Shown: piece after piece, positions 53,700-58,090 of the stretch
How positions within the stretch are numbered: the first letter of the stretch is position 1
Layout of the letters: each line of letters opens with the position of its first letter
Origin: Anolis carolinensis
Lineage: Eukaryota
Reading direction: 5' to 3'
Assembly: GCF_035594765.1 (NCBI RefSeq)
Contig: NC_085848.1
Span: 5,911 to 64,000 of the forward strand
Length of the DNA: 58,090 nucleotides
Notes under the pieces: generated by a model
The model's database searches: none
What the model was told of the DNA's origin: nothing
Seen by the model: only the letters and a program-made list of their open reading frames with translations
Translations under genes and position numbers: made by a program

Positions 53700-54535
53700 G
53701 GCCCCTGGAAAGGTACCCGGAAATGTCCCCCCGAAAGGCACCTGGAAAGGCACCCAGTAACACACCAGGAAGCACCTCCTGTAATGCACCTGGAAAGGCC
53801 CCCAGAAACGCCCCTGGAAAAGCCCCTGGTAACACACCCAGAAACACCCGCAGAAACACACCCAGAAAGGCACCCGGTAACACACCTGGAAAGGCACCCG
53901 GTAAAGCCTCAGGAAACACACCTGGAACGGCACCCTGGAACGCTTCTGGAAATGCACATGGTAATGCCCCCGGAAAGGCACCCAGTAACACACCAGGAAG
54001 TACTCCCTTCTGGGGAAAGGCACCCGGAAATGCTTCCGGAAGGGCACCCGGAAACGCACCCCAATAGGCACTTGGAAACACCCTCGGAAAGGCACCCGAA
54101 AACTCCTCTGGAAGGGCACCTGGAAACGCCCTCAGAAAGGCACCCGGAAATGCCTCCGGAAGGGCACCCGGAAATGCACCCCAATAGACACCTGGAAACG
54201 CCCTCAGAAAGGCACCTGGAAAGGCACCCGGAAACGCACCCAGATAGGCACCCAGAAATGCCCTCGGAAGGACACCCGGAAACGCCCTCGGAAAGGCACT
54301 GGGAAAAGCCTCCGGAAGGGCACCCGGAAACGCCTCCGGAAACACACCCCGATAGGCACCTGGAAACGCCCTTGCCAAGGCACCTAGAAAGGCACCCGGT
54401 AATGCCGCCGGAAAGGCACCCAGTAACACACCAGGAAACACCCCCGGTAATGCCCCCAGAAAGGCACCTGGAAACGCCTTCGGAACAGCACCCGGAAGCG
54501 CCTCCGGAACGGCACCCAGAAATGCCTTTGGAAGG
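53700..54535. repeat. Degenerate 12-bp GC-rich minisatellite (ggaaaggcaccc-type) in the GAL3ST1 3' UTR
   Basis: About 70 in-register 12-mers starting ~30 nt after the GAL3ST1 stop. Confidence 0.85.
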
Positions 54536-54562
54536 GTCAGGTGGAGGGGCTGGCACCCACGC

Positions 54563-56249
54563 CTACCACTTGAGGAAATCCCGCACTCGGCTCCAGAGCT
54601 TGGTGATCCACAGGTTGACTCCTAAGTCCATCAGGTACTGGATCTCGGGGGTCACCATCTTGCAGCACAGCTTGCGGTGCTTCTTGTGGATGCGCTTCTT
54701 GAGGTTGTAGCCCAGGATGGACTTCTTGCCCAGGGGCTGCCAGGGCTGCATGGCGGACTCCTGGATGGCGTTGGCGTCCACGGGGCGGCCCCCGTCGATG
54801 CAGATGCGGGTCATCTTCTCGTTCTCCTCCTGGAGGCGGGCCACGTCCTCGGCCATGCGCTCCCTCCCGTAGGCCTCCACCTTGCGCCAGAACGTGGCGT
54901 TGAAGTGCCGGTAGAGCTTGGCGTCAATGAGGTTCCAGGCGGTGGCCTTCTGGTAGAGCTCGCCCGTCAAGCGGGAGACGGCGGAGTCCTTCCGGGCGTT
55001 GAGCTTGAAGTAGAGGACGTCCTCCAGCTCCCAGCAGAGCAAGTCCTTGAGGAGCACCAGGGACTCGTCAAAGTACTCCAGGAGCATGACCAAGTGGAAG
55101 CGCCGGTCGATCTCTTGGATGGACTGCTCCACCCGAGGGCTGCTGGGGTTCAGGGTGTTGTCGTAGCCCAGGTCAAAGAAGAGCAGGTTCTGCAGGTAGT
55201 GGGCGTTGAAGCCGTTGGGGTCGTAGTAGCGCCAGGGGTCCCGCAGGAACTCGGCCAGCTTGTCCTCCCCGGAGAGCTTCCAGGTCAAGGGAATGATGCG
55301 CCCAAAGTAGTGGAAGGAGGACTCAAGGAGGTACGCCGGGTCCCGCAGCACCGTCACAAAGGTGGCGCCGGCTGGCAGCAGCTTGCGCACCTCCTCGTAC
55401 TGGAAGCGCATGTGGTTGCAGATGATGTTGAAGCACATGCCCGGGCGGTAGTCCCGCACCTGGCGGCGCTCAAAGAAGGACGGGTAGTAGAAGTCGTTGC
55501 GGCCGTTGGGGAAGGCAAACTTGAGGCGGTGCTTCTCCCCAAAGCGGAGGAGGATGTTGAGGATGGTGCTGCTGGCCGTCTTGTGGGTCTTCATGAACAT
55601 GATGTCCCGCTTGGGGAGGCACCTGTGGCCCGAGAGGCTGGCGTTGGAAGACGGGGCACGGAAGGAAGAGCAAGCCGAGGGGATGGGCGTCCTGGAAAAG
55701 AAAGGCCAAGGGTCAAGGGTTAGGATGCTCCGGCTCCTGTCCCAAAACTATCCCTTCCAAGCATTGAATGCTCACTAGGACTATCCTGTGGTCAAATTAG
55801 ACGAGGTGAAAATAGATGAGTTGAAATGCAATGACACCCATCTCCTAGTGAGGAGGTGTAGGACTTTCCTAGTTCTCCAACCCAGCACTCTTCACAAAGG
55901 GAACTGCAAGGGACATCTAGTCTAACCCCTCTACTCTTTGAGGAACTGCATTGAGGAGGCCCTTACTGTCTGAAGAACCACGTCCCAATACCAGCCGCCC
56001 ACATTTTGCAGTGAGGCAGTTCACGCCGATCAGGGAGACCCTTCTGCGGCAAGGATGCCCGAACTCTCCTTCCAAAGGGAGAGACCTCCCCTCCGTCCCC
56101 CTCCCCCAAGTGTGGATGCAGGGCCAGCTCACTCACTCGGTCGTGCTGGCTTGCAAGGGCGAGAGGGCGTAGGAGTAGAGCAGCAGCATGAGGCTGGTCA
56201 GGAGGGTGCCCAGCGCCAGGCCCTTGCCCATGGAGCGCCCGCTCTTCAT
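54563..56249 (-). CDS. GAL3ST1: Galactosylceramide (cerebroside) sulfotransferase, exons 56137-56249 and 54563-55691 (~413 aa)
   Basis: Type II membrane anchor SMGKGLALGTLLTSLMLLLYSYA, PAPS-binding FMKTHKTASST, LKFAFPNGRNDF, LRDP...ESSFHY and C-terminal ITKLWSRVRDFLKW*. The phase-2 GT-AG intron joins in frame. Confidence 0.93.
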
Positions 56250-56520
56250 CACCTGCAGCCGGAGGAGTCCGGGGGGAAAGACCGTCAGCATTGGACTCAG
56301 GAAGGGTGGAGGGCGGGCCTTCCGGCACACTGTGTCCATGCTTCTCTTCCCACCCTTCTTCTCACATCCTCTCCCAGAGGGTGAGCCCTCGGTCACGGGG
56401 TGGGGAGGCTTCCAAAACCAATAATCCACGTTAGGGAGGATTCCAACAACAATGGCAAACACTGAATGCCATAATACAGGATTATAAACATATTCAAAGA
56501 GTAAACCAACCGGTTTCCAA

Positions 56521-56815
56521 GAGAAGCCAACTTATAACCCCCAAATTAGATAATAACATCACCTTTCACCTAACATAACATCACCTAAAAGCATCCAAGA
56601 CCTTAATCATCTATTTATTTGGCTCTGCTGGTTCGGGTTTGGTCAGCTTCGTTGGCTCTGTGATTTTTTTGGTTGCATCATCATTGTAATCATTATTTTT
56701 TAATCAAATAAATAGGTGCTTAACGTCTTGGATGCTTTGAGGTGATGTTATGTTAGGTGATAGGTGATGTTATCTAATTTGGGGGTTAGAAGTTGGTCTC
56801 CAATGTTGGCTTCTC
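56521..56815. repeat. Fold-back (MITE-like) inverted repeat, ~95-bp arms
   Basis: taacccccaaattagata...catcacctaaaagcatccaagac pairs with gtcttggatgctttgaggtgatg...tctaatttgggggtta. Confidence 0.7.
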
Positions 56816-58006
56816 GGCATGTGCGATCCATGAAAAAAAAGGTCCAATACTCGCTTCCAAAGTAGGGGGCGCTGGCGCTTCATTTCTAAAGTCATTTCCT
56901 ATTTTTGAGCCAAAAATTTCAGAAGTTTCCAAAAATTCAGAATATTCGGAATTACTTCGTTAATGCCAGACGTGCATGCGCAATTGCGAAAAACAGCACC
57001 GGGGAGGGGGGATTTTACAAGACTCTCCCGCCCTCACTTTTTGAGCTATCCTGGTCAAATTTGGGACAGTGGTAGAACACATTCAACTCTGCTAGCTCAC
57101 CAAATTATAGAATGTTTCCTTTATCCTCTGATTTTTGGTGATTTTTCATAGCTTATATAAGAAAACATTTTCTAATAATTGCAGAAATCTATTCCTGCTT
57201 TGAAATTCTTGTTTCCTGTTTCATTGGGTTATCTTTACTTTGAAAGTTCTCATTCTACTTGGGAAACTTTGTTTTTGTGGCTGAAACTCTGTGAAATTGG
57301 TGGACACTGTGCTGCCGCAATGTGCAATGTGCTGCCAGCCACCGAGGGCTGGGATTCTGGAGCGATGATGGGTCTTGTAGTACTACACAACCCCACTCAG
57401 GACGTACAAGCCCCTCCCCTCACAGGAACGTGCACTCCGATTGGTCAGGGAGGCAACCCCCTGCTAGGCTGCTCTTCCCTCCAAAACAAGTTTGGTTGCG
57501 TTAAAAAAATGGCTTTATTTATTACCGATACAATTTTGAAAAAATTACAAAAATTATCTATAAGTGTTCAAAATCGCGGGTTAGATAGCCCTCGTCGGGA
57601 CCACATCCGCAAGTAGGAATAAATACGATTTTATTACGAAAACCGAGATTTATGGTATTTCCGCCCATCCCTATTGACTTCTCTTGGGAACCGGTTGGCT
57701 TGCTATTTGACTATGTTTACCGTCCTGTATTATGGAACTCAGTGTTTGCTACTGTTTGCAGGAATCCTCCCTAAGGTGGATTATAACATAATACAACTGT
57801 ATTTGTATTCCGCCCTGTCTCCCCAAGGGGAGTAGTATTTTTGGAAGCCTCCCCACCCCGTGACCGAGGGCTCACCCTCTGGGAGAGGATGCGAAGAGAA
57901 GGGTGGGAAGAGAAGCATGGACACAGTGTGCCGGAAGGCCCGCCCTCCACCCTTCCTGAGTCTAATGCTGACGGTCTTTCCCCCCGGACTCCTCCGGCTG
58001 CAGGTG

Positions 58007-58090
58007 ATGAAGAGCGGGCGCTCCATGGGCAAGGGCCTGGCGCTGGGCACCCTCCTGACCAGCCTCATGCTGCTGCTCTACTCCTACGCC
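58007..58090 (+). CDS. GAL3ST1: First coding exon (truncated by window edge) of a second, inverted GAL3ST1 copy
   Basis: MKSGRSMGKGLALGTLLTSLMLLLYSYA is nucleotide-identical to the reverse complement of 56166-56249 and has the same ctgcag acceptor. Completeness of the gene cannot be judged. Confidence 0.75.
   Translation, partial: MKSGRSMGKGLALGTLLTSLMLLLYSYA

Noticed and set aside
53610-54710. Long ORFs (269, 340, 215 aa) with PGA/ERHP/SGC repeats
   Set aside because: By-products of a stop-poor 12-bp minisatellite open in several frames on both strands, lying in the GAL3ST1 3' UTR.
54677-55723. 348-aa ORF on + strand
   Set aside because: Antisense shadow of the GC3-rich GAL3ST1 exon with no recognisable motifs.

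Overview
Eukaryotic (vertebrate) genomic DNA, most likely a squamate such as an Anolis-type lizard. The species is inferred from the repeat families and was not searched. GC-rich exons sit in AT-rich, tandem-repeat-filled introns, and there are six N gaps in the first 7.3 kb. Genes were reconstructed exon by exon using GT-AG boundaries and phase checks. FOXN4 (+, 9 coding exons, ~472 aa). UNG (-, alternative first exons for nuclear UNG2 ~303 aa and mitochondrial UNG1 ~287 aa). ALKBH2 (+, ~235 aa, head-to-head with UNG). GAL3ST1 (-, ~413 aa), plus the start of a second, inverted GAL3ST1 copy at the right edge. Mobile DNA includes ten non-autonomous Helitrons, three TA-flanked Tc1/mariner-type MITEs, R4/Dong-type LINE fragments in (TAA)n, and two Penelope-like termini carrying minimal hammerhead ribozymes. 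Most notable observations: (1) a head-to-head GAL3ST1 palindrome with two divergence levels suggestive of arm-to-arm gene conversion; (2) ACACB is absent from its usual position between UNG and FOXN4, where a ~1.3 kb fold-back sits instead; (3) hammerhead motifs, one in the FOXN4 sense strand; (4) a palindromic satellite confined here to FOXN4 that supplies its stop codon and most of its 3' UTR. No prokaryote-type novel system is supported.
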